Positions 18,436 to 27,430 of a stretch of 64,000 bases of DNA are shown piece by piece. A program made the position numbers and the translations under genes. Origin of the DNA: Bacteroidia bacterium (GTDB lineage: Bacteria; Bacteroidota; Bacteroidia; AKYH767-A; 2013-40CM-41-45); NCBI GenBank assembly GCA_035341855.1, contig DAOQWA010000010.1, positions 15,678 through 79,677 on the forward strand. Reading direction: 5' to 3'. Within the stretch, counting starts at the first letter, position 1; every line of letters begins with the position of its first letter. Below the pieces are notes generated by a model. The model was not told the DNA's origin and searched no databases. It worked only from the letters and a program-made list of their open reading frames with translations.

Positions 18436-20373
18436 TTACTTTAGGTTGAGTGCATTATATATTTCATCTCCAACAATCTTTGCAAATTCAGGAAGAGTAA
18501 AAGAGCCCAAGTCGCCTTCGCCGTGTTTACGGACAGAAACCTTGGATTCATTGCTTTCTTTCTCCCCGATAATCAGCATGTAAGGGACCTTTTTGATCTC
18601 AGCATCTCTGATTTTCTTGCCTATCTTCTCGTCACGTAAGTCAACAAGTCCGCGAATATCGGAATTTATTAATGATTGTAAAACTTTTTTAGCGTAATCG
18701 TTGAATTTTTCACTTATTGGGAGTATGCTTACTTGATTGGGAGCCAGCCAAATAGGGAAATTTCCTGCAAAATGCTCGATTAGGAAGCCAATGAATCGCT
18801 CATGTGTTCCCAAAGGCGCCCTATGAATACAAATCGGTGTCTCCAATTGGTTTTGTGAATTCCTGTAAGTAAGACCAAAACGAGCAGGGACGGCAAAATC
18901 TACCTGATTCGTTGCAAGAGTAAACTCCCTGCCAATTGCACTCCAAACCTGAACATCAATTTTTGGACCATAGAAAGCACCTTCATCTGGTACTTCCACA
19001 TAAGGAATCTTTGATTCGATAAGAACATTACGAACCATATCCTCTGTTTCAAGCCATAACTCGGGTTCGTCTACATATTTCTTTCCCAGTTTCGTCGGTG
19101 CATGTGTCGAAAATCTCATCACGTATTTATCAATATTGAATATTTTGAAATACTTCAGATACATTTCATTCACGGCTCTGAACTCATCGGCAAACTGTTC
19201 TTTTGTGCAATAGATGTGCGCATCATTCATCTGCAGAGATCGGACACGCATCAAACCAAATAGTTCTCCACTTTGCTCATAGCGATAGCAAGTGCCATAT
19301 TCTGCCAGACGTATCGGCAGGTCTTTGTAACTTGGGTTAAGTTCTTTGTAAATTTTATGGTGATGAGGACAGTTCATCGCCTTCAAATAATATTTTTCAC
19401 CCTCAAGTATCATTGGGGGATACATGCTGTCCTCGTAATAAGGAAGATGCCCGCTTGTCAAATACATTGACTCTTTAGCGATGTGTGGCGTTCTTACCCT
19501 TTGATACCCACCTTTGCGTTCTGTGTCTTTCGCAAGCTTTTCTAATTGCTCTATCATAACGCCTCCGTTTGGCAGCCATAAGGCAAGCCCAGGACCAACA
19601 TCATCATCGAAGGTGAAAATTTCCATCTCTTTACCAATCTTCCTGTGGTCACGTTTTTTTGCTTCCTCCAGCATGACCATGTACTCATCGAGCAAGCTTT
19701 TCTTTGGAAAAGTGATACCATAGACACGGGTGAGTTGCTTGTTTTTTTCATCGCCCCTCCAGTAGGCACCTGCAATGTTTGTAAGCTTAACAGCTTTTAT
19801 CAGGCTGGTATTTGGAAGGTGTGGTCCCCGGCACAGGTCTGTGAAATTTCCCTGCTGATAAAATGTTATTGTTCCATCTTCGAGTTCATTTATGAGATCA
19901 AGTTTATATTCGTCGCCTTTTTCGGTGAAGAATTTAATAGCATCAGCTTTGCTTACTTCTTTCCTAACATAAGTATTGGACTGCTTTGCCAATTCGAGCA
20001 TTTTGTCTTCAATCTTTTTAAAATCATCTGAAGAAATGCTTTGACCTCCAAGATCAATATCATAATAGAATCCATTGTCAACCGGAGGTCCGATACCAAA
20101 TTTTACACCCGGATATAAGCTTTCCAGAGCTTCTGCCATCAGGTGGGCAGAGGAGTGCCACATGGTAGATTTTCCTTCACTATCATCCCATGTAAGTAAT
20201 TGTAATGAACTATCTTCTTCGATGGCTCTTGTAGAATCCCACACCTGACCATTGACTTTTGCAGCGTACACATTTCGGGCTAAGCCTTCACTTATGCTTT
20301 TTGCTATTTCAAGGGCTGTCGTGCCTTTTGGGTATTCCCGCACATTTTTATCGGGAAAGGTGATCTTGATCAT
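18436..20373 (-). CDS. thrS: Threonine--tRNA ligase
   Basis: Class II aaRS. True start is most likely MIKITFPD (the TGS domain, ATG at 20373). The track start at 20460 adds 29 non-conserved residues. Motifs HRDLGKEMEIF, class II motifs and a C-terminal anticodon-binding domain are present. Confidence 0.95.
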   Translation of the reverse strand: MIKITFPDKNVREYPKGTTALEIAKSISEGLARNVYAAKVNGQVWDSTRAIEEDSSLQLLTWDDSEGKSTMWHSSAHLMAEALESLYPGVKFGIGPPVDNGFYYDIDLGGQSISSDDFKKIEDKMLELAKQSNTYVRKEVSKADAIKFFTEKGDEYKLDLINELEDGTITFYQQGNFTDLCRGPHLPNTSLIKAVKLTNIAGAYWRGDEKNKQLTRVYGITFPKKSLLDEYMVMLEEAKKRDHRKIGKEMEIFTFDDDVGPGLALWLPNGGVMIEQLEKLAKDTERKGGYQRVRTPHIAKESMYLTSGHLPYYEDSMYPPMILEGEKYYLKAMNCPHHHKIYKELNPSYKDLPIRLAEYGTCYRYEQSGELFGLMRVRSLQMNDAHIYCTKEQFADEFRAVNEMYLKYFKIFNIDKYVMRFSTHAPTKLGKKYVDEPELWLETEDMVRNVLIESKIPYVEVPDEGAFYGPKIDVQVWSAIGREFTLATNQVDFAVPARFGLTYRNSQNQLETPICIHRAPLGTHERFIGFLIEHFAGNFPIWLAPNQVSILPISEKFNDYAKKVLQSLINSDIRGLVDLRDEKIGKKIRDAEIKKVPYMLIIGEKESNESKVSVRKHGEGDLGSFTLPEFAKIVGDEIYNALNLK

Positions 20374-20460
20374 ATATGCTATTGAATATACAGAATTGAA
20401 GCCGCAAAGGTAGGTAATTTTGATCTTGTTTTGGCTATGCAATCCGTGATTATTAAGCAC

Positions 20461-20490
20461 AAAAAAAGCACGACCATGGATCGTGCTTGC
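20461..20490 (-). terminator. Rho-independent terminator after the T9SS cargo gene, insulating it from the thrS operon
   Basis: Minus-strand reading: GCACGATC-catg-GTCGTGC followed by T7 (plus strand: A7-GCACGACCATGGATCGTGC). Confidence 0.75.
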
Positions 20491-20513
20491 GCGATTCTGT
20501 AGGAATGCCTGGT

Positions 20514-22514
20514 TTAGCTTTGTCGCTTGATAATTTTTGTGGAAAGTAGTTTACCACTTTGGGTCTTGAGAGCCATATAGTAAACGCCATCCTCTATTGA
20601 CATATTGTCTGAATAGATCAGACGATTATTACCTTTACGAATGGAGTAAGTTTTTCTGAGAATCAAAGATCCATCGCTGCTGAATAGACTTAGCTCGGCG
20701 CTTTCATTTGTGTTTGAACTTATTTCAAAATTGAATGATTCGGCAAATGGATTAGGGCTGATCCTTAATAGATTCGCTTTTTGATTTGTTATTTCAGATG
20801 GTCCGACTTTAACCGTTTTGAATCCTTCAGATTTTCCATCATAGTCGGTTTGGGATAGCCTGTAGTATGTAGTATTTTCTGATGGCTCTCTATCCTGAAA
20901 TGTATAATCCAGTTTCATTGTGGAGTTACCCTGTCCTTTGACTTTTCCGATAAGTGACCATGACTCGCCGTTCAGGGAACGCTCAATACTAAAGTAATCA
21001 TTGTTAAGTTCTGATGCCGTTGACCAGTTAAGCAGTACCACGTCTTCTTTTCTTGCAGCATTGAAACTCAGAAGTTCGACCGGCAAAGGACTGGAATTAA
21101 TATTAATTGTCTGATAGTAAAAGTTCACTCGTCCACATTGATCCGTCACTTTTATTTTAACTATATCCAGTGTGTCGTTGGTTACAACCGGGGCAGTATA
21201 TGTAGTATTTGAATCGCTTGAATTTAAAAAATTACCACCAAGTGAACTGGTCCATTGATACGTATACGGCGGTGTTCCTGAAGTAGCATTCGAACTTACC
21301 GTTCCACTTTGTCCGACATTCAGATTTGATGGTAGGGTGGCAGTGACAGATATTTTTTTTGTGGTACCCGCAAGAAGTATGAAGTTAAAGTATGCCCTTT
21401 GAGAGGCTATTCTTTCTGAAGCAGTTCCACCCGAGTTAAGATCGTGCCCTCCCTGATACATCACCCAACCGTTTGAGAGATCATTAAAAGCCGGTCCGTA
21501 TACCAATACTGTTCCTTCTTTTGGAGAACTTCCTGTTCCGGTAGTTATACCTCTTCGTGTATTCGAATTCCACTGTCCGGCAGAAAGCGGTTGAAACCAT
21601 TGTTCAGAGCCACCGGATGAAGCACCGTGTGCATTACCCAGAAACTGCATTACAGGTTCGGTAGGATGGAAGTAGGTGAAGGGCGAGCTGGCCGGTTTTG
21701 CATGACTCTCCGGATTGCTCCCACATTTGTTGGAGCCATAGCATTTGAGTCCGGACGATGTTAGAAAGTTTAACTGCTTTCCACTGCCTTGACAGTATTC
21801 CATCATACTCACAGAATGACATTCTGCCCAGATCCAGGATTTTTGTATTGTGACGAAATCGTAAAGATAATAATGGGTAGCCCAGGTAGGATCTCCGTGC
21901 GGGTTAGTCCAAACATCATAACATTGTGAAAGACCTGCAGGTGTACCTATAGAATATGCTGAAGATGGTATTGCTGCGTTTTGATAGTATGTTTCAATGA
22001 TATCCTGATTTGATGAAAGTGAATCGATCATCACCAAAGGAAATGCAGTGAGCGTTGTATAAACCGGAACAGTAATATCCGTAGTAGTGTATGTGCCGAC
22101 AATTCCCTGAGATTCCCAATAACTTATTCTTCCGGAGATGGTGCTGTTGATGAATTCTACGGGAATTATAAATGCGCCGGTCTTATAATTTACCGAATTG
22201 TATGTAAAGTCTGTTCCATCTTTCGACTTAGATGTGTTGATGATCCATTTTACCGCGACATCATAGTTATGAATGAGATCATACAACATCCCATACGGTT
22301 TTAAAGCATTGGAATTTGATTGTGGACTGACTCCTAAGTTAATAATGAATGACCCTTTTGAAATGCTTTCATTGCCGGCACTTGCACTTGCGTCTTCTAC
22401 CGGACCCATTTGTAATACGACGGAAAATATGCCAAATACTACACTTAATACAAACATAGACCCGATGATAAATCGAAAATCTACTTTTTGCTTTACCCTC
22501 AAGGAATTTTTCAT
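20514..22514 (-). CDS. T9SS-secreted protein: signal peptide, Cys-containing central domain of unknown function, a conserved pre-CTD module, and a type-A Por C-terminal sorting domain
   Basis: Probable start is MKNSLRVKQ... at 22514 (the track start is 22574). C-terminus ...ISPNPFAESFNFEISS...VYYMALKTQSGKLLSTKIIKRQS is a type-A CTD. It is preceded by LPVELLSFNAARKEDVVLLNWSTASELNNDYFSIERSLNGESW...YYRLSQTDYDGK. Confidence 0.7.
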   Translation of the reverse strand: MKNSLRVKQKVDFRFIIGSMFVLSVVFGIFSVVLQMGPVEDASASAGNESISKGSFIINLGVSPQSNSNALKPYGMLYDLIHNYDVAVKWIINTSKSKDGTDFTYNSVNYKTGAFIIPVEFINSTISGRISYWESQGIVGTYTTTDITVPVYTTLTAFPLVMIDSLSSNQDIIETYYQNAAIPSSAYSIGTPAGLSQCYDVWTNPHGDPTWATHYYLYDFVTIQKSWIWAECHSVSMMEYCQGSGKQLNFLTSSGLKCYGSNKCGSNPESHAKPASSPFTYFHPTEPVMQFLGNAHGASSGGSEQWFQPLSAGQWNSNTRRGITTGTGSSPKEGTVLVYGPAFNDLSNGWVMYQGGHDLNSGGTASERIASQRAYFNFILLAGTTKKISVTATLPSNLNVGQSGTVSSNATSGTPPYTYQWTSSLGGNFLNSSDSNTTYTAPVVTNDTLDIVKIKVTDQCGRVNFYYQTININSSPLPVELLSFNAARKEDVVLLNWSTASELNNDYFSIERSLNGESWSLIGKVKGQGNSTMKLDYTFQDREPSENTTYYRLSQTDYDGKSEGFKTVKVGPSEITNQKANLLRISPNPFAESFNFEISSNTNESAELSLFSSDGSLILRKTYSIRKGNNRLIYSDNMSIEDGVYYMALKTQSGKLLSTKIIKRQS

Positions 22515-22804
22515 AGTCTCATACGATAAGAAGGGCAAGGGTTGAGTGCCAATGCCTAAAATGTGTATAGTCATTTTAGGGATCTTCGTTTATCAAATAG
22601 TGAAAAAATCTTACAGAGTTATAGCCCGTGATTTGATTGACAAGCTCAAAAAGTTAAAATTTATCAGGGTAAATTGAAAATTTACCAGAGAATACTTACA
22701 GTTTAATGGAGACCTTCAAAGGATGAAAAAATGGATGTTCTATCAAAGCACTTTTCATGATTTGATCAAATTGTTAACCGTGATACGGGCATTCGTAAAT
22801 AATA

Positions 22805-23197
22805 TCATTTCTCCAATACCTGTTTTATATCAGGTAGAAAATATAATTCACTTTTTAGAATTTTCCCGTCTTCGCGATAAATAGGTTGTTTATTTTTATC
22901 CAACTTACTCATATTGCTTCGGTGAATTTCATCAAAAACTTCTTCGATCTTATGTTGTAATCCATGAGCAATGATGGTACCAAATAAAATATACATTTTA
23001 TCACCTAATGCATCCGCTATTAAGCTAATGTCTCCCTGCTTGCAGGCTTCCAGGTATTCATCATTTTCTTCAGCCATCAAACGGTGGCGAAGATCAACAA
23101 TACGTTCTGATATTTCCGCCTGAGGACTTTCATGATATTCCAGCTTGAATACTTCATGAAATTCTTTTACAAGATTTATTTTATCAATAAGTGCCAT
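22805..23197 (-). CDS. Small all-alpha NTP pyrophosphohydrolase (MazG-like / house-cleaning family), tentative
   Basis: 130 aa. Paired acidic motifs (LMAEENDEYLEA and EEVFDEIHRSN) resemble the EExxE/D metal-binding motifs of MazG/HisE-like NTP-PPases. Confidence 0.4.
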   Translation of the reverse strand: MALIDKINLVKEFHEVFKLEYHESPQAEISERIVDLRHRLMAEENDEYLEACKQGDISLIADALGDKMYILFGTIIAHGLQHKIEEVFDEIHRSNMSKLDKNKQPIYREDGKILKSELYFLPDIKQVLEK

Positions 23198-23240
23198 GTG
23201 AATTGTTTTTATATTTAAATGTGATCAGAGAAGTGAATTT

Positions 23241-24872
23241 TCAAGTTTGAATTATACCAACATTATAAGCTTTTGTAATTGGAGCATGATCTGCAGCTTC
23301 TATACCCATTGAAATCCATTTTCTGGTATCAAGTGGGTCAATTATTGCATCAACCCACAGCCGGGCAGCCGCATAGTATGGATTAATCTGTTCATTATAG
23401 CTTTCAGTGATCTTTGTCAACAATGCTTCTTCATCTTCCGGTGTTATCACCTTACCATTTGCTTTGAGGGCACTGACTTGAATTTGTAAAAGTGTCTTTG
23501 CGGCTTGAGCACCACCCATTACCCCGATTTGTGCTGAAGGCCAGGCAACGATCAGTCTTGGGTCGTATGCTTTTCCGCACATAGCATAATTACCTGCACC
23601 GTATGAATTTCCGATCACAATAGTAAACTTAGGAACTATTGAATTACTCATCGCATTTACCATCTTAGCACCATCTTTGATAATTCCACCATGCTCACTT
23701 CTGGAACCTACCATAAACCCGGTAACATCCTGAAGAAAGACAAGAGGGATTCTTCTCTGATTACAGTTCATTATAAAACGTGAAGCCTTGTCAGCTGAAT
23801 CAGAATAGATGACACCTCCAAAACGCATCTCACCTTTTTTCGTCTTTACTACCTTTCTCTGATTTGCAACAATACCGACAGCCCATCCATCGATTCTTGC
23901 GGTACCGCAAATTATACTTTGCCCGAATTTATCTTTGTACTCTTCGAATTCACCTTTGTCGACGAGTCGGTAAATCACCTCATGCATATCATATTGTTTT
24001 CCTGCATCAGTAGGTATTATGCCGTATATATCTTTTGGATTTTTAACAGGTGCAGCGGGTTTCGCTCTGTTAAATCCTGCCTTTTCAAATTCGCCAAGCT
24101 TACTGAAAATATTTTTAATATGATCCAGAGCTGCTTTATCGTTTTCGAATTTATTATCAGTGACACCGGAGATCTCACATTGCGTGGTCGCTCCGCCTAA
24201 AGTTTCATTGTCGATATCTTCACCTATGGCAGCTTTCACCAGGTACGATCCTGCCAGAAAGATACTTCCGGTTTTATCTACTATCATCGCCTCATCGCTC
24301 ATGATTGGCAGATACGCACCTCCGGCAACGCAACTTCCCATGATGGCTGCTACCTGGATGATTCCCATCGAAGACATGATCGCGTTGTTTCGAAAAATTC
24401 TTCCGAAGTGTTCTTTGTCGGGAAATATCTCATCTTGCATAGGAAGAAATACTCCTGCACTGTCTACGAGGTAAATAATTGGCAATCTATTTTCAAGTGC
24501 AATTTCCTGAGCTCGCAGGTTTTTCTTTCCACTCATGGGAAACCATGCTCCGGCTTTAACAGTTGCATCATTTGCTACGATCACACACTGCCGACCTGAA
24601 ACATATCCAATACCAACGACAACTCCTGCGGCCGGACAACCGCCATATTCACCATACATTCCTTCCGCTGCGAACTCACCAATTTCTATAAATGGAGATT
24701 TTTTATCAATAAGATATTGCACTCTTTCTCTGGCAAGCATTTTACCTTGATCGTGTTGTTTTTTAGAATTTTTTTCACCACCACCTGCAGAGACAATTTT
24801 TTGCTTGTGTTTAAGCCTATCAACCAGCTGACGCATGGTATCTTCATTCTTATTAAATTCAATATCACTCAT
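23241..24872 (-). CDS. Acyl-CoA carboxylase carboxyltransferase (beta) subunit (methylcrotonoyl-/propionyl-CoA carboxylase beta-like)
   Basis: 543 aa. Two crotonase-like carboxyltransferase halves, N-terminal ...GGGEKNSKKQHDQGKMLARERV..FIEIGEFA..., characteristic of MCCB/PccB. Confidence 0.85.
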   Translation of the reverse strand: MSDIEFNKNEDTMRQLVDRLKHKQKIVSAGGGEKNSKKQHDQGKMLARERVQYLIDKKSPFIEIGEFAAEGMYGEYGGCPAAGVVVGIGYVSGRQCVIVANDATVKAGAWFPMSGKKNLRAQEIALENRLPIIYLVDSAGVFLPMQDEIFPDKEHFGRIFRNNAIMSSMGIIQVAAIMGSCVAGGAYLPIMSDEAMIVDKTGSIFLAGSYLVKAAIGEDIDNETLGGATTQCEISGVTDNKFENDKAALDHIKNIFSKLGEFEKAGFNRAKPAAPVKNPKDIYGIIPTDAGKQYDMHEVIYRLVDKGEFEEYKDKFGQSIICGTARIDGWAVGIVANQRKVVKTKKGEMRFGGVIYSDSADKASRFIMNCNQRRIPLVFLQDVTGFMVGSRSEHGGIIKDGAKMVNAMSNSIVPKFTIVIGNSYGAGNYAMCGKAYDPRLIVAWPSAQIGVMGGAQAAKTLLQIQVSALKANGKVITPEDEEALLTKITESYNEQINPYYAAARLWVDAIIDPLDTRKWISMGIEAADHAPITKAYNVGIIQT

Positions 24873-25055
24873 GAGGTCATTAATTTGATGTCAAAGATAT
24901 AGGATTTCTGCAGGTGCGGGTCGTATCGGGAAACAATGTTAAAAAAGACTCAGAACTATAATTTTCAAGATGTTGAATTCGAGTCTGTAAATTATAAATA
25001 TATGTTTTTAATGAGGAAGAAGGCTACGGTCAAATTGTTAGACAATAAAAATTAC

Positions 25056-25073
25056 AGTCCTGCAATCAGGACT
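25056..25073 (-). terminator. Hairpin overlapping the stop codon of the GH16-like gene, followed by a T-rich tract on the minus strand
   Basis: AGTCCTG-caat-CAGGACT. Minus strand downstream reads GTAATTTTTATT. Confidence 0.45.
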
Positions 25074-25962
25074 TGTCCTTTGATTTCTTGAAGATTCGAA
25101 TCTTTGGGATTGCAGGTTTGTGTTTTTCGAACTTAAATGGGATGAATTCAAAACTTGAAATAACAACCTCTACTGTTTTTAAGCTTGCAGTTTCTGTAGC
25201 TTTATACAGCCAAGTATTGATGCTTACCTTTTCGTCACCGGTGCGATAAACACTTTCAGGTTTATAGGTCCATTTTTGGATTGCTTTTCGTAAACTGTCA
25301 GGAAGAGTATCACCGGTATAATAGGATGAAAAGCTAAATTTGCGTTTACGAACTTCAATTATATGCTTTGAAGGGAGATTCAGATCAGTCTGAAATCTGT
25401 GTGGTTGATCTTCGTATGGTTGAATTACATATTGAGAATTTTCATTTTTTTCCTTTCCCCATTTAGAAAATTCTATGTCAATTTCCTTATGAGCATTGCT
25501 TGTGTCCAGGTGGTCGTACATGAATAGACCTATCACCATATCTTTATCCAATGCCTGGGGCAATGGGTCAAGGTGAAAAATGTATTTGCCATATCCAAGA
25601 CTTTTTGTAAGTCTTACTTCAGAGCAATACCATTTTTCATTTCGTTGGATGATTCTTAAATGCAATTTTCCAAGGCTATCAACCCATACGTTACTGTCTG
25701 CATTAGAAAAATAGTTTTTTCCGGGACCGGTCAATCTTTCTTTTGAGTCTTTTATTACCCATTCGAAATTTGCAAATTGTATGGTGTCTCCGGTATAAAA
25801 TTTATCTTTTAAAGTTTCCGCTTCTAATGCATGCATATCTACGGTTAGTAAGAGTGATAATATGAATACAAAAATGGTATTTGATCTGATAATTATCTTG
25901 ATCACTTCGTTATTTACCGAAGTCTTGCCAAACAAATCACTTATGCCTTTAAAAAAAATCAT
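25066..25962 (-). CDS. Secreted concanavalin-like protein with a GH16-type E-x-D-x-E motif (putative beta-glucanase-like)
   Basis: 298 aa. N-terminal hydrophobic segment, and an EIDIEF motif matching the GH16 catalytic ExDxE signature. Its start overlaps the xerD stop by 4 nt. Confidence 0.4.
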   Translation of the reverse strand: MIFFKGISDLFGKTSVNNEVIKIIIRSNTIFVFILSLLLTVDMHALEAETLKDKFYTGDTIQFANFEWVIKDSKERLTGPGKNYFSNADSNVWVDSLGKLHLRIIQRNEKWYCSEVRLTKSLGYGKYIFHLDPLPQALDKDMVIGLFMYDHLDTSNAHKEIDIEFSKWGKEKNENSQYVIQPYEDQPHRFQTDLNLPSKHIIEVRKRKFSFSSYYTGDTLPDSLRKAIQKWTYKPESVYRTGDEKVSINTWLYKATETASLKTVEVVISSFEFIPFKFEKHKPAIPKIRIFKKSKDKS

Positions 25963-26858
25963 GCTCGTGGATGATGTTGAATAATCGATTGTCTTAAGTA
26001 ATCTCTATCAAGGTGTGTGTATATCTCAGTTGTGGTGATTGACTCGTGTCCAAGCATCTCTTGCACTGCCCTAAGATCTGCTCCGCCTTCGATGAGATGT
26101 GTTGCAAATGAATGCCTGAATGTATGTGGACTTATAGATTTCTTTAGATTTATCTTTTGCGATAGTTGTTTAATAATTGTAAATATCATTACACGACTGA
26201 GCCGATTTCCTCTTTTGTTGAGGAACACAACATCTTCAGCACCTGATTGTATTCTTTGGTGATTCCGAATTTCTTTTAGGTAGATTTTGATGTATTTGAT
26301 GGCAACACTCCCCATTGGAACCAGCCGTTCTTTATCGCCTTTCCCTGTTACCTTAACAAAACCGATTTCGGTGTGAAGGTTACTTAATTTTAAATTTACC
26401 AGCTCACTCACTCGTAAGCCGCAGCTATATAGTGTTTCGAGGATGGCCTTGTTTCGGGTTCCTTCCGGTTTACTTTGGTCTATTGCTTCAATGAGATGAT
26501 TGATATCTTCGATACTTAATGTGTCGGGTAATTGCCTTCCTAATCTTGGTGTTTCAAGAAGTTGTGCCGGGTCATTACTTATGATGTTCTCGAGAAGGCA
26601 ATATTTGAAGAATCCTTTTATTCCACTGATGATACGTGCCTGACTTCTTGCGCCTAATCCGATCTCATTGATCCATTGGATGAAGAATTGCAGGTCTTGC
26701 AGTTTGATTTCGGCAGGACTGACTTTCAGGGCTTTGAAAGTTAAAAACCTGTCAAGTAAAGCAATGTCATGCAGATAAGCCTGAACGGAATTATCCGAAA
26801 GGGATCTTTCCAATTTCAGGTAAGACTTGTATCCGCTTATGTATGATTTCCAAGACAT
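25959..26858 (-). CDS. xerD: Site-specific tyrosine recombinase XerD
   Basis: 299 aa. An N-terminal SAM-like core-binding domain, then R...HxxR...Y catalytic residues (HTFRHSFATHLIEGGADLRAVQEMLGHESITTTEIYTHL). Confidence 0.85.
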   Translation of the reverse strand: MSWKSYISGYKSYLKLERSLSDNSVQAYLHDIALLDRFLTFKALKVSPAEIKLQDLQFFIQWINEIGLGARSQARIISGIKGFFKYCLLENIISNDPAQLLETPRLGRQLPDTLSIEDINHLIEAIDQSKPEGTRNKAILETLYSCGLRVSELVNLKLSNLHTEIGFVKVTGKGDKERLVPMGSVAIKYIKIYLKEIRNHQRIQSGAEDVVFLNKRGNRLSRVMIFTIIKQLSQKINLKKSISPHTFRHSFATHLIEGGADLRAVQEMLGHESITTTEIYTHLDRDYLRQSIIQHHPRA

Positions 26859-26993
26859 AGATGCTATATCGGCAAGGTATCAAAAGTGTCAAATTCCTCA
26901 TCCCTATTGACCTCCCGCCATAAAACTTTTCCACATTTAGAATTGAATAATTGTGAGTAGTTTTGTCTCAATAGAAGGATTTATCGGTCAAAT

Positions 26994-27422
26994 ATGAAGC
27001 TATTAATCTTGAACGGTCCCAATTTAAATCTATTGGGTCAAAGAGAGCCTTCGATTTACGGAGAGGGTTCTTTTGATACCTATTTGGAGTCACTCAGAAA
27101 GAGGTTTTCAGGTGTTGAAATTGATTACTTTCAGTCAAATGTGGAAGGTGAGATCATCAACAGACTTCATTCCGCCATGAAGAATCATGAAGGGATCATA
27201 CTTAATGCCGGTGGTTATACCCACACTTCTGTATCAATATCAGATGCAATTGCAGCAATTAATGTTCCGGTGATAGAAGTGCATATTTCTAATATTCATG
27301 CACGTGAAGAATACAGACATAATTCTCTTTTAGCTAAAAATTGCGCGGGGGTGATCACCGGATTCGGTTTACATTCTTACGCACTGGCAATTGAGGCTTT
27401 CCTATTTAATGGAAAAAAATAG
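26994..27422 (+). CDS. aroQ: 3-dehydroquinate dehydratase, type II
   Basis: 142 aa. MKLLILNGPNLNLLGQREPSIYG...HISNIHAREEYRHNS is canonical AroQ. Confidence 0.95.
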   Translation: MKLLILNGPNLNLLGQREPSIYGEGSFDTYLESLRKRFSGVEIDYFQSNVEGEIINRLHSAMKNHEGIILNAGGYTHTSVSISDAIAAINVPVIEVHISNIHAREEYRHNSLLAKNCAGVITGFGLHSYALAIEAFLFNGKK

Positions 27423-27430
27423 GTCTGGTG

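Noticed and set aside
25959-26858. XerD as the integrase of an integrated mobile element
   Set aside because: No transposase, phage, conjugation or excisionase genes nearby. The neighbours are aroQ and housekeeping genes. The catalytic residues and length fit chromosomal XerD. The flanks show no direct repeats or att-like duplications that I could see.
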